A DNA stretch of 64,000 bases from NCBI GenBank assembly GCA_963842945.1, contig CAWJIM010000024.1, positions 288,001 to 352,000 on the forward strand, given 5' to 3'. A program made the position numbers and the translations under genes. Shown in pieces: positions 53,182 through 63,897 of the stretch. Numbering within the stretch: the first letter of the stretch is position 1; each line of letters starts with the position of its first letter. The notes beneath the pieces are model-generated. The model searched no databases, was not told the origin of the DNA, and saw only the letters and a program-made list of their open reading frames with translations. This stretch comes from an uncultured Gemmatimonadales bacterium (GTDB lineage: Bacteria > Gemmatimonadota > Gemmatimonadetes > Gemmatimonadales > GWC2-71-9).

Positions 53182-53892
53182 ATGGCGCTGCGCTCCCGCT
53201 CTGTCCTGGTAGCTGGATTCCTCCTCGTGGCAGCGGTATGCGCCCGACTTGGAATCTGGCAGGTTCACCGGCTGCGAGAGAGACGTGCGGCCAACGCGCT
53301 GGCCCAGTCGGCCAGAGCTGCGCCGACAGTGCAGGTGGATAGCTTCGGCCTGGATAGCAGCCTGATCGGTCGCCGGGTCGTGGTGCGTGGCCGGTACGAC
53401 AATGGCCACGACATTGTTCTTCGCGGGCGGGGATACGCCGGGGTTCCCGGGGTGGAGATCGTGTCTCCCCTGCTGCAGCAGTCAGGCGCGGCGGTATTGG
53501 TCAACCGGGGGTTCGTGCCCGCTCCGGATGCGGTCACCGTTGAGCTGGGCGCACTCACGGAGCCCGGCCCTGTGACCGTCCAGGGCATTGTCCTGCCATT
53601 CGATTCGGCCGCCGGTGCCCCATTGCAGCGGGGCAATCAGACAACCTGGGCGCGGCTCAACCGCACAGCCATCACAGAGCAGTTTCCCTACCCGATCGAG
53701 CCGCTCTACGTCCGGCAGACTCCCGACAGCAGCTTACCCCGGTTTCCCCGGCGGCTCGACCCGCCGCCGCTGGATGACGGCCCCCACCTGAGCTACGCCA
53801 TTCAGTGGTTCGCGTTTTCCGTAATCGCCCTGGTCTTTGGGGTGATCATGGCCATCAGGCCTTGGGGCGAACACCGTCCAGCTCCTCGATAG
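53182..53892 (+). CDS. SURF1 family protein
   Basis: LGIWQVHR, VLVNRGFVP, HLSYAIQWF. Confidence 0.92.
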   Translation: MALRSRSVLVAGFLLVAAVCARLGIWQVHRLRERRAANALAQSARAAPTVQVDSFGLDSSLIGRRVVVRGRYDNGHDIVLRGRGYAGVPGVEIVSPLLQQSGAAVLVNRGFVPAPDAVTVELGALTEPGPVTVQGIVLPFDSAAGAPLQRGNQTTWARLNRTAITEQFPYPIEPLYVRQTPDSSLPRFPRRLDPPPLDDGPHLSYAIQWFAFSVIALVFGVIMAIRPWGEHRPAPR

Positions 53893-55081
53893 TCTTGGTG
53901 GACGGCTGCCGGCTCTTCTGCAGGCGCGCGGCGGTCGCTTCTGCCCCCCGGAAGGCGCGAAGCAGGTTTCTTCCCGCGAGCTTTTTGAGATCGCCGTCGC
54001 TCCACCCCCGCCGAATCAGCTCGGCAAAGAGCTGCGGGAACTTGGACGCGTCTTCCAGCCCTTCAGGCACGGTGTCGATCCCGTCAAAGTCACTTCCGAT
54101 CCCCACATGGTCCACTCCCGCGACCTTCCGCACATGCTCGATGTGGTCGGCCACCTGCTTGAGGGTGGCCGTCGGCTGCGGATGGGCATTCTTCCACTCG
54201 TCGGCCTGTCTACGCCTCTCGCTGGTATCGCTCACTGTCGCCTTGAGCCGGTCCCATTCCCGCTGGTACTCCGCGTCCCAGGCTGCGGCTTCCGGGGAGA
54301 CGAACGCAGGCACGAACGTGACCATCACGACCCCACCGTTCTTGGGCAGCCGAGCCAGAATCGAGTCCGGCACGTTACGGGGATGCTCGGTGAGCGCCCG
54401 GGCGGCCGAGTGGGAGAAGATGACCGGGGCCTCACTCACGTCCAGTGCATCGCTCATGACCGAAGGAGCGACATGGGACAGATCTACCAGCATGCCCAGG
54501 CGGTTCATTTCCCGCACCACTTCCTTGCCGAACTCGGTGAGCCCATCGTGCCGGGCACTATCGAGCGCCGCATCGGCCCAGTCCAGGGTGACATTGTGGG
54601 TGAGGGTCATGTACCGTGCCCCCAGCTCGTAGTACGATCTCAACGCACCCAGGGAGTTCTCGATGGCATGACCGCCTTCCATGCCCAGCAAGGAGGCGAG
54701 GCGGCCCTTTTTGAAGTCGCGCTCGATATCGTCGGCCGTGAGGGCCAGCGCCAGCCGATCGGGATAACGGGCGATCATCCGGCGGGCGATGTCGAACTGC
54801 TCCAGCTGCACTCGCGCGTAGCCGCTGTCCTTGATTTCCCCGGGGATGTAGATCGACCAGAACTGCGCGGCGACCTTTCCCTCCTTGAGGCGCGGCAGGT
54901 CGGTTTGCTTGGGCGACGGGCGCCGAATGTCGTAGGCAGCCACATCGCGGGGAGCGTCTTTCGCCTCCCGGATTTCCCAGGGCAGGTCGTTGTGGCCATC
55001 GATCAACGGGGTCGAAGCCAGGAGCTTCCGGGCATGCTCGAGGGCAGGATCTGAAGACTGGGCGGCCACAGAGGAAGCCAT
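53855..55081 (-). CDS. Membrane dipeptidase (peptidase M19); true start probably slightly upstream
   Basis: IDGHNDLPW, GMEGGH, MTLTH, VDLSH, FSHS, GIGSDFDG. Confidence 0.92.
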   Translation of the reverse strand: MASSVAAQSSDPALEHARKLLASTPLIDGHNDLPWEIREAKDAPRDVAAYDIRRPSPKQTDLPRLKEGKVAAQFWSIYIPGEIKDSGYARVQLEQFDIARRMIARYPDRLALALTADDIERDFKKGRLASLLGMEGGHAIENSLGALRSYYELGARYMTLTHNVTLDWADAALDSARHDGLTEFGKEVVREMNRLGMLVDLSHVAPSVMSDALDVSEAPVIFSHSAARALTEHPRNVPDSILARLPKNGGVVMVTFVPAFVSPEAAAWDAEYQREWDRLKATVSDTSERRRQADEWKNAHPQPTATLKQVADHIEHVRKVAGVDHVGIGSDFDGIDTVPEGLEDASKFPQLFAELIRRGWSDGDLKKLAGRNLLRAFRGAEATAARLQKSRQPSTKTIEELDGVRPKA

Positions 55082-55089
55082 GGTTAGGA

Positions 55090-55278
55090 GGAAAAGCGTG
55101 AGCGGGAGCTGCAGACAGCGGAGGGGAAAAGCGTGAGCGGGAACTGCCGACAGCGTGAGCGGTGAGCGGGAGTGCGCATTGAAGATCTGGGTGAGAGTTG
55201 GAATATCAAATCTAGTCAACAAGCTAATGCCGAGTACTGTCCCCTCCGAAGCAGCCCCGCTCACCTCACCGCTCACGT
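55090..55278. repeat. 31-bp imperfect direct repeat plus inverted GTGAGCG arrays
   Basis: GGAAAAGCGTGAGCGGGA.CTGC.GACAGCG at 55090 and 55125; CGTGAGCGGTGAG near 55154 is inverted near 55266-55278. Confidence 0.6.
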
Positions 55279-55289
55279 TCTCTGTCCCC

Positions 55290-55630
55290 GTTTTTAGACT
55301 CACCAGCTCCGTCCGGATGAGGAACTCGGGACAGATCGTTCGATCGTACTCGTAGGGCCCGCCGGTCTCCGCATCGATCCAGGGGAATCCGCGACACACC
55401 GCGGGGTAGTACGGCTGGGCGTGGATGGTGCACACGTTGTCCTTGAGAAAGACACAACGGCCCCGCCGCACCCGGGTCCGCCACTCACCCCAGCGCGTAC
55501 GATAGATCAGGTCGGGACTGTGGAGCTCCGCAATGGCCGCGGCCTCCTCCTCGCTCAGAGTGACGCCGTAGGCACAACAGGAAGACTGGTGAGGACAGGG
55601 AAAGCACGGTAAGGCCGGCAGGTCATGCAT
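55290..55630 (-). CDS. YkgJ-like CxxCxxCC cysteine-cluster protein (runs in frame into the dipeptidase; 3' end approximate)
   Basis: CFPCPHQSSCC...CVFL..NVCTIH...PAVCRGFPW...CP. Confidence 0.75.
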
Positions 55631-55638
55631 GTGCAAAA

Positions 55639-58301
55639 TTAGTCCGGTTGGGCCAGCGTTACCACGATGGTGACGATCTCGTGCGGCGCAGCGTGAAATG
55701 GGACACTGCGGCTGCCTTCTCCCAACCTGATCTCATGCAGCGGGTGCTCGTCGGCCCGGGAACGCTGCGCGGCGGAGAGCGGGGCAGACATATGCCAGAC
55801 ACCGGCAGCCGGCTGAGACCTGGCGTTGAAACAGCGGAGTACCAATCCACCTCCCTGCTCCGCGGGCTTGATGGCGGAAAAAACGAGTCCCTCGCCCTCC
55901 AGCCGGATTTCGATTGACGGCGGGCTGAGCGGAGAGGCCTGACGAAGCCATTGGGCGCGGACCGGGAGAAAGGCGTCTTCCCAAAGCTGCGGCAACGTGG
56001 TTCCCTGCTCCACCTCCGCCTGGGTTACCGGCGCGAGCGCGAGCTGCACGCGGTCTCGGCCCAGGCACTGCGCTTCTGGCGTCGGCGTGGGCCAGCCGGC
56101 GTGGCCGGGCCGGGTCGGAAGGTCCCCCCGAGAGAGCTGGCCCACCGAGCGCAGGAGCGTCATCAGCAGATCGCCCCCGGGTCGCAGCTCGTACTCGAAA
56201 AAACCGGGAGTCAGCAGCGCCAACCCCCGGTCCCTTTCGGAGCAAGCGACATATCGATGTGCCGGGGCCGTGGCCACCGGTGTCTCCCGCCGGTAGCGGC
56301 TGGGCCGAGAGCCAACCGGGGGCCGGGCAATCGCCCCGAATTGCGAACCCGCCGTGGCGCTCGCTCCAGGAAGACCGGTCCGCACTCGCGCGCGCAGCCG
56401 ATGGTCCCGCGCTCGATTGTCCAGCTCCAGCGTACACCGAAGCAGAGGGCTTCCTGCGTAGAGCGAAAGCGTCACCCGCGCTCCAACTTCCTCGCGCGTT
56501 CCTCCCCGGCCCGGTCGGAGGGTGAGTGCCCAGCGGAGCTCAAACGCCGACACCAGGGGTCCCTGAGCCAGCGGTCGGACCGCAACTTTGCTCCGGGTCC
56601 GAACGGTTCGGTCGCGAAGGGGAGGGGCATAGGTGTATGTGTCCCCCACGTCGCCGCTGGCTTCCAGGCTCAACACATCATGGTACAGCTGGCCCGTACG
56701 ACGATCTCTCAGGGTAATGGTTCCCGCCACCGCCGATTCGGATCTCCAGTAGCTCATTCCCCATCGAACGCCCACGAAGCCACGCGCCGCCTTGCACCGG
56801 TTTCGCCCCGGCGCCCAAACCGTAGACCTCAAAGCCCATTCCCTTGACGGCCTGAGTCTCAAACGCCACCCGGGTGCAGTCGACCTCATCCTGGTCGGGA
56901 TAGTGCCGCGCCGCATCGAGTCGCTCGTAGTCGCGTCTTCGCCCCAGCCATTGGACCCCGAGCGGAGCGTCACTGCCCACGAAGTGGAAGGGACGCGCTC
57001 CCGTGCCAGTTCGAGGAACATTGTCTCCAGGGGGTCCCACCAGAACATCCCGCTCAAACCAGGTGACATCGGCAATGACAACGCCGGATCGGGGTCGTGG
57101 CACCGGATTCCAGAGCACCAGCTGGGGTTCGCCCAGCTCGGGCTGGTCTCGCACCCGGTCGGGGTTGTTGCCGACCAGCTCGTCGAGGCTGGTACGGGCT
57201 ATTTCGGCCGCGAGGTTCCTGGCATCCTGCAGCCGAAGGCTCACCCGCCTTGCCACCTGATCGCTGGTGCAGCCACCGATCGAGTCATGGAACTCGCTCT
57301 GAAGCAGCAGTCGCCAGGCATGATTCAACAGAGGCCGGCGGTCACAGCCGCGATAGGTCCCGGCCAAGGCTGCCAGCGGATCGGCGCTTCCACTCAAAGT
57401 GAGCTCGGCCAGAGCGTGCAGTCGCTTGAGCGGCGCCCTGGTGCCGTGGACACCCTGAAGAGTCCAGGTATAGCCGTAGGACCAACGCAGCTCGCCCGCA
57501 ATCACCGGCACGGCGGCCGACTCCGCCGCAGCGGCAACAAAGAATTCATGGAGCCGGGAGACTGCGGAACTGGCTCCCCGGCTCGAGCTCGCCGAGCAAG
57601 CGCTGCAGCTTCAGGATCTCGGGGTGGGCGGCATGATGGTCGGCGCCGACGAAGACGGCGACCTGGTGGGTCGCCGCGCGCTCGACCAGCGCGGAGCGGA
57701 TGCGAGACCATACCCGGGGCAGCCGCTCTGCGTCTGCGGGTAGCGCCGCACCGATCTCGTAGCCATCCGGTGGCAGATGATAAAGCAGCACCTCGCGTCC
57801 GTCCGGACCGCGCCAGCGATATAGATCGTGCTCCTGGCCGGCCTCGCCGCCCAACCCGCGCCAGAGCACTCCGAACCGGATGCCGAACTCGCCGGCCAGC
57901 TGGGGCCAAACTGCCGGGTGCCCGAAGGCGTCCGGCGAATAGAGCACGTCACTGCGACCACCGAATCGGGCCGCGTGGGCCTGTCCGGCGAGCAGATTTC
58001 GAATCAGCGATTCTCCGGAGGGGATCAGCTCGTCAGCCAGAACGTACCAGGGACCTACCTGAAGCCGTCCGGAGCGCACCAGCTCCACGACGGTTGCTTC
58101 GCGCTCGGGCCGGACTGCCAGATAATCCTCGAGGAGCACGGTCTGTCCGTCGAGCAGGAAAGTGGATCCGGACTCCGAGGCGAGCCGGTCGAGGAGATCA
58201 TCTAGAGCGGGAACGAGGCGGGCAAGAAATACGGATTGCGGGAGGTACCACTCCCGGTCCCAGTGGGTATGCGGGATGAGATGGAAGGTGTACCCGGCCA
58301 T
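55639..58301 (-). CDS. GH38 alpha-mannosidase/mannosylglycerate hydrolase-like protein (frameshifted)
   Basis: HTHWDREWY, LDGQT, GPWYVLADE, PDAFGH, FHDSIGGC, TLLRSVG. Confidence 0.87.
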
Positions 58302-58322
58302 TGCCGGGAAAGCTAACCAGCC

Positions 58323-58620
58323 TCAGTCGTAGCCGGTGAAGGGCTCGGTCTCGAAGCGAGTGCCTTTGGTACGAGTCTTCAAAGAGGTGAGTGATTCGGA
58401 GGGTGGACGGGAGCCGCTCGACCCTGCTCTCGATCAGCTTCAGATTCGGATTATTGCCCAGGCCAAGAGCATTAAGCCGTTCCGCCTCGGCTCGGGCTAC
58501 ATCGCCTGGTGTGGGGCGGCTGGCTGGATAGGCATCCTCGTGATGACGGATCAAGGCCTGCCAATGCTGGTCACCCGCGCGTTCGATTGACTCTCGAATC
58601 TGTTCCCGGGTGAATGCCAT
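58323..58620 (-). CDS. Hypothetical protein (frameshift near 58370)
   Basis: MAFTREQIRESIERAGD...; shifted tail FETEPFTGYD. Confidence 0.6.
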
Positions 58621-58798
58621 TGTTTTCAGCCTGCTCCGGGGCAAGCTCGATGAGGAAGACGGCCGACAAGATCAGAAATCCGCCCGCCAGAGGCCCAAAG
58701 CGGATGTTTCCGAAGTAGTAGCCCAGTAGAACGAACACGGCCACCATGCCGAGACAACACCATCCCGCCACCCGGCGGACCATTTCGCTGATGCCCAT
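58571..58798 (-). CDS. Small two-TM hypothetical protein
   Basis: GGAG upstream and two hydrophobic helices; 3' end uncertain. Confidence 0.45.
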   Translation of the reverse strand: MGISEMVRRVAGWCCLGMVAVFVLLGYYFGNIRFGPLAGGFLILSAVFLIELAPEQAENNGIHPGTDSRVNRTRG

Positions 58799-58863
58799 AC
58801 CCGTCTCCGAAGAGGGGACGGTCTAACATGTCATCCAGCCGGAACCTTCGGCTGTATGTCACG

Positions 58864-60056
58864 TCACCGGGCCTCAGTGACCGCCAGCAACCGAGCGGCA
58901 GCGGCAAAGCGTTCCTGGTTCAGCAGAAAGCCGGCCGAGCTGGTTGGCACCCGCATCCGGCCCTGGGAATCCATCGTGAGCGGAATGACATCGGCGTCGG
59001 GGCCGAACCACCGCGTGCTGGGCTCCACATCCGAGGGGTAGACAAAGCCCGGCAAGGCCGCAGCCGCAATAGCAGCCTGAGATCCTATGCCGGACTCGGG
59101 CATGGTACCGGCCCACAGTTTGGCGCCGTAGGAGCGAGCGAGGGGGTAAATCCGGCAGACCTCCGTCAGACCACCCACCCGATGCACCTTGATGTTCCAG
59201 ACCCGTGGCCCTTCCAGCTCGACGATCTGTCGCGCGGCCCGCGCATCGTGCAGCGTCTCGTCCACGCACACAGGGGTCCGAAGCTCACTGGCAAAGGCGC
59301 GCGTGCCCCACAAGCTCGTCAGGAGGTAGAGGCTGCTCGATGTAAAGCAGATCACCCCGGTCGAGATCCTGTAGAGCAGCTCTCTGCTCCGGCCACTGGT
59401 AGGCTCCGTTCGCATCAACCGTCAGGGGCAAACCGGAACCGGCCATCGCTTCCTCTGCCGCCTTGATCGGGGCAGCATCCCAGCCGGGCGCGATCTTGAT
59501 CTTGACCCGACGGTATCCCCGGGGGATTGCCTGCTCGATCCAGCGGCGGAGGGTCTGGAGCGAGCGGTCGGCCGGGATGCCGAGCGCCACACCGCAATCG
59601 ATGACCGGAGAGGACTCGACGCCGAGCCGGTCAGCGAGAACCTGAGCCAGTCCGGTATTCTGCCGCGCCGCTTCGAGGTCCCAGAGCGCCGTGTCTATTG
59701 CCGCGCGGGCAAAGCGGTTTCCTCGAATGCCATCGTGCAAGACAGCGATCGGCCGCCTGGGATGAGCCGGGTTGGGCCTGCAACAGGCGGGGAATCAACA
59801 CCTGCTCCAGGAGATGGCGGGCACCCGCCAGGGTTTCGTCGGAGTAAAAAGGCAGCTCGAAGGGCGGCGACTCGCCCAACCCGCGGTTGCCCCGCTCGTC
59901 GTGCAGAATCACGACCAGAGACCGGCGGTGGGTCATGGTGCCACCGGAGATGATGAATGGCTCTACCAGCGGCAAAGTCAGCTCATACAGCTCGACCCGC
60001 TCGAGTCGGAAGCTGGTGGAGCTGGGAGAGGCGGAGCTGGCGCTCAGCGAGGTCAT
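58864..60056 (-). CDS. Enolase-superfamily OSBS/N-acylamino acid racemase-like protein (frameshifts near 59745 and 59293)
   Basis: GYRRVKIKI (KxK), VDANGAY, IEQP, VDET, NIKVHRVGG, PSD. Confidence 0.85.
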
Positions 60057-61201
60057 ACCCGGCTGAGATTCTGCAGATCGAGGAACTTGAGCTCCCCGTC
60101 TCGCCGCTCGAGTTGGCCTTCTGCCTCGAGGTCAAGCATTCCGGCTATGAGTCCGTCCTTAGGATCAAAGACCAGCGCATGCAGGGCACGCTGGGGACGA
60201 GACCCGGCTGTGGCAGGCGTACTCCGAAAGCGGAAGCTGAAAACCGGTATGCAGCTGGACACTTTCACAGCCGGCGCGGGCATAGTCCAGGAGAATCCGC
60301 CCGCTACCTACGTTGCCGCTGGCCACCAGGGGCGGCAGAGAGAAGTCGTTCCGCGAAGCCAGCTCGAGTACCCGCAGATTGCGCTCGCTCAGATCGTAGC
60401 CGCCATACGCCACGCCCAGCGCCGGGTCCCACAGCCGATTGAATACCACCAGCGTGTCGGCCGAACTGGAGGCGCGCAGCATTTCCAGCTGGAAGGCGTC
60501 GTCGAAACGGGCGTTCATCAGCTTCAGCGCCAGGCGGACGGGCCGGTCAGTGCCTCGACGAATCTGATCGGGAACCTCTCGCAGCCACCGCAATATCTGG
60601 TTTCGCTCATCGGCCAGCGCGTCTCCCGCCAGCGTGGGAGAGAAATCCTTCTCCAGCGACAGGGTCTCGTTGACCCCACGCTGCGGCGATGCGCTCGGTG
60701 GTATGGCGATACTCGGCGGACCGAAATGGCTCGTCCAGCCGGGGGAGGTGGTATTTGACTGAGGGCACCGCGACGATCTCTCCCGAGCGGGTGAGATCGC
60801 CGGCCGAGCGAACCAGGGACGAGATAGTCTTCGAAGGAGCGGTCCCAGCCTCGGCCCTTCCAGGTGACCGTCCACCCCTCGCGTCCAGTCTGGGACCGGC
60901 GCCGCTCGACTCTCATCCGCGTCTCGTGGATGGCCCATGCTGCCATCGCCCGCTCTCCAGCCGGATCCTCTGCGATCACCGTCTTCAGAACGACGAACGC
61001 GAGACCCGCTGCCCGATCGGTTTCCAGCTGCTCGAGATTGAGCGAGAGTTGCCCCGATCCCTTGCCGATCGGGTGCGGAAGAGGGTGACCCAGGTACCGG
61101 GCGCTGAGATCTATCCGGTAGGCGTCCCGGACGTGGTCCGGGAAGTCGCGCGGAAGCTCGCGCCTGAAGCGCTCGAAGTCACGCTCGAGTCGCTCGCGCA
61201 T
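60053..61201 (-). CDS. Dihydroorotate dehydrogenase-like FMN TIM-barrel hypothetical protein (frameshifted)
   Basis: YLGHPLPHPIGKGSGQLS, FVVLKTV, ALKL, VASGNV, AGCESVQLHT. Confidence 0.55.
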
Positions 61202-62072
61202 CGCGGACCATGCGCTCGACTGCCGCGCGTTCAATGGCTGGAAGTGGAGGTCCCCACGGGTCGTCGCAGGCCTCTGGAGGAAGGGCGCCCTCCGCTGCGG
61301 CCGCCCACAGCATGCGGCGGATGTAACCCTCCATGGGCTCGATGAAGGTGGTCTGGCTGAATCGGTCGCACTGCTCGGACAAGGCGATGAAGCGAGGCCA
61401 ATCTTCCGCCATCCGGGCGCGAAGCAGATCGGCCTGGAGATCCGGAAGAGCGGAGCCCATTCCGATCAGCGCCGCGCGGGCGCCCAGGAGAAGAGAGTAA
61501 CCCAGAAAACGATCTTCGCCGGTGATGAGCAGCTTGTCAGGATGCTCCCGGAGCACGGCGGCAATTCGCTGGAAGGTGATCACCGAATCGAGCGTAGCCA
61601 CCTTGATGCCGACCACGTTGGGCAGGTCGAGAATGCCATGCAAGGTGCGGTCGTCGTAGTCCACTCCGCCGGCGGCCTGATACAGATAGAACGCGATGAC
61701 CGGTAGCTCCCGGCCGAGCCGCTGATGATATCCAACGGGATCGCTGGATTGAGGAAAGGCGAGGAGAGCATCGGCCTTTCCCCGGCGGGCTTCGATGGCC
61801 ATGGTGATGTCGCGGGCACCGGCAACCAGTACGCGATCCGGCAGCGCCTCACGCCAGGTATCGAGCACCAGTCTGCGTTGCTCCGAGCTGAGGTGGGGAC
61901 CTCGTCCGGTATGGGCCCAGACCGCGACTCCGGCTACTGGCTGGCCGGCCATCCAGCCGGCATAGGAGCGTTGCGCGGCCGGATCGAGATCCCCACCGCG
62001 AAACGGCACCGGCACAGCCGGGATGAGTCCGCCATCGAGACGCTCGATCAACGAGCTGACATCCGCCGTCAC
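61179..62072 (-). CDS. Dihydrodipicolinate synthase/N-acetylneuraminate lyase family protein
   Basis: GLIPAVPVPF, WAHTGRG, FYLY, Schiff-base Lys in VVGIKVA, TGED. Confidence 0.85.
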   Translation of the reverse strand: MTADVSSLIERLDGGLIPAVPVPFRGGDLDPAAQRSYAGWMAGQPVAGVAVWAHTGRGPHLSSEQRRLVLDTWREALPDRVLVAGARDITMAIEARRGKADALLAFPQSSDPVGYHQRLGRELPVIAFYLYQAAGGVDYDDRTLHGILDLPNVVGIKVATLDSVITFQRIAAVLREHPDKLLITGEDRFLGYSLLLGARAALIGMGSALPDLQADLLRARMAEDWPRFIALSEQCDRFSQTTFIEPMEGYIRRMLWAAAAEGALPPEACDDPWGPPLPAIERAAVERMVRDARATRA

Positions 62073-62878
62073 GCCTTCACCCGGCGAAGCTTGCTCTTGG
62101 CCGGGCTCCCGCTGAGCGCCGAAGCATTCTCCGCTTCTATGGCTGAGCGGTGCTCAGAGCTCAGGCTCGAGGAGGTCCAGCTTGGCCACGCTGTTCTCCG
62201 GCAGCCGAAGCGGCTGCCCGGTTCCGAAGACAAAGCGCTCGACTCCAACGGTGCGCAGCAGGGTCTCCAGGTGATCCTCCGGCGGTCCCCAGATCCAGCA
62301 GATGTCCCACCAGATCCGGGCGGACTCTTCCGGAGTGGACCCGAAGTGCACTTCCTCTACGAAGCTCCGGTCGGCGTGGGTGATGAGCAACCGCACTGCC
62401 GGATCGGCGCGCAGGAGTGTCCGAACTGCGGCTGCCGGCAGCTCGGGAGACCGATCGTTGGGGTGGCGCTGCCGGGCGTCCTCGAGGCGTACCGCCATGA
62501 TCAACGCCATGTTCTCAGCGGCACAGGCCTGAACCAGCAACCGCATCTCGGGCCCGGTCGGGATCCAATGCGTAGTAAGTCGGATCAGATCTCACCGCTG
62601 GTGCGCCGCGGGACCGAGCCTCCCGGAGGCTTTGCTCCCACCCCTTGAGTCCCGGATGAACCGCCGGAATCGGGCGCAGTCGCTCATTGTCGTCAGTGAT
62701 CTGGTATAGCCAGGAATTTCCTTCAGCCGGGGTCCCGCCAGAACACGCTGGGTAGGTGGGTGATCCAGGCCTGGTCTACGGAGACGCGGTCCATGGATTG
62801 GAGCAGCGCCTCCACCGAGGTCCCGGGAACTCTCCGAAACGGATAGGCGCCCACGAAGCTATTGACGTCGAGGCGCAT
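62069..62878 (-). CDS. Amidohydrolase-fold protein, degenerate (frameshifted)
   Basis: MRLDVNSFVG, GVERFVFGTGQP; TGATG/GTGA coupling with neighbours. Confidence 0.7.
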
Positions 62879-63678
62879 CAATCGGTCGGGAACGCGTTGG
62901 GGGGAAAAATCCGGGCGGCATTGCGCCACCGGATCAGCTCGAGCTCGGACGGCGAAAGCAGATGTTCCAGGTAGCGCAGCTTAGCCCAACCAGTATCAAT
63001 GGTGAGATCACAACCCCAGAGCAGGCGCTCCACGCCCACGGCCTCGACGCAGGCCTCCAGCATCCCGCCGTCCACGCCGCTACCGGAGAGGTCTACGTAC
63101 ACGTTGGGGAGAGACCGAATGGCCGCCAGTGAGTGGATCCAATCGCCCCCACCGCCGATATGTGCCAGCAGAAAGTTGACTCCAGGGTGCCGGGCAGCCA
63201 GCGCTCCCAGCTCGATCGCGTCGCTCGCTTCCTGTCCCGGGTAATCCCGCCGCCGGTGTTGCCAGATGTGGTGGAGTACGGGAACACCGCGCTCACCGGC
63301 CACCCGGCAGATCGGGTCCAGAAGAGGATCGTCGGCCCTGCGGCTTGCCGCCAGCTTGATCCCGACCATGCCGGCATCCAGGCAGCGAGCCAGCTCGCTC
63401 AGCGCGTGGCGCTGAAAGTTTGGATTGACGACGGCATAGCCGCGGATGCCCCCGGCGTGCTCCCGTTGCAGGGCCAGGAGGAAGCTGTTGCCGTACTCGA
63501 TGTCGCTGGGAGAGGGAAAGTAGATGGGAGAGGTGGCACCCCAGCTGCCGAGAATCGAGGCAACGTGGACCGTAATACCAACGCGCTCCCCGGCTCGCAA
63601 CCGGCTGGCATTACGTTCTCGCCAGTCGGGGCGGGGGGAGCGGTCGTGCAGGAAATGGGCGTGAACGTCGATGAGCAC
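62878..63678 (-). CDS. Amidohydrolase_2 family protein
   Basis: IDVHAH, VGIKL, VLHH, LAHIGGG, YVDLSGS, LLWGCD. Confidence 0.88.
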   Translation of the reverse strand: MLIDVHAHFLHDRSPRPDWRERNASRLRAGERVGITVHVASILGSWGATSPIYFPSPSDIEYGNSFLLALQREHAGGIRGYAVVNPNFQRHALSELARCLDAGMVGIKLAASRRADDPLLDPICRVAGERGVPVLHHIWQHRRRDYPGQEASDAIELGALAARHPGVNFLLAHIGGGGDWIHSLAAIRSLPNVYVDLSGSGVDGGMLEACVEAVGVERLLWGCDLTIDTGWAKLRYLEHLLSPSELELIRWRNAARIFPPNAFPTD

Positions 63679-63689
63679 CCGTGCTTCCT

Positions 63690-63857
63690 CTACTCCTCCT
63701 CTTGGGGCAGGTTCTGAGGCAGCCCTCCCAGACCCGCTTCACTCTCATCGGTAACTGTCAACTTCAGATCAGCGTTGGTTGCGACCTCTTCTTCCAGGGT
63801 GCCGTCGTCATCGTCCACATCGTCGAAATCATCGAGGGTAGGTTTGCGCGATGACAT
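63690..63857 (-). CDS. Small acidic hypothetical protein (55 aa)
   Basis: AGGAGGAG RBS before ATG 63857; MSSRKPTLDDFDDVDDDD...PQEEE. Confidence 0.6.
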   Translation of the reverse strand: MSSRKPTLDDFDDVDDDDGTLEEEVATNADLKLTVTDESEAGLGGLPQNLPQEEE

Positions 63858-63897
63858 GTCTCCTCCTGTGCGGTAAAGAACAGACCCACCCCACAAT

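Noticed and set aside
55090..55155. 31-bp direct repeat as a CRISPR array
   Set aside because: Only two copies with a 4-nt gap, and no cas genes.
58864..62072. Gene symbols menC, pyrD and dapA
   Set aside because: Family-level similarity only, with altered motifs and no pathway context.
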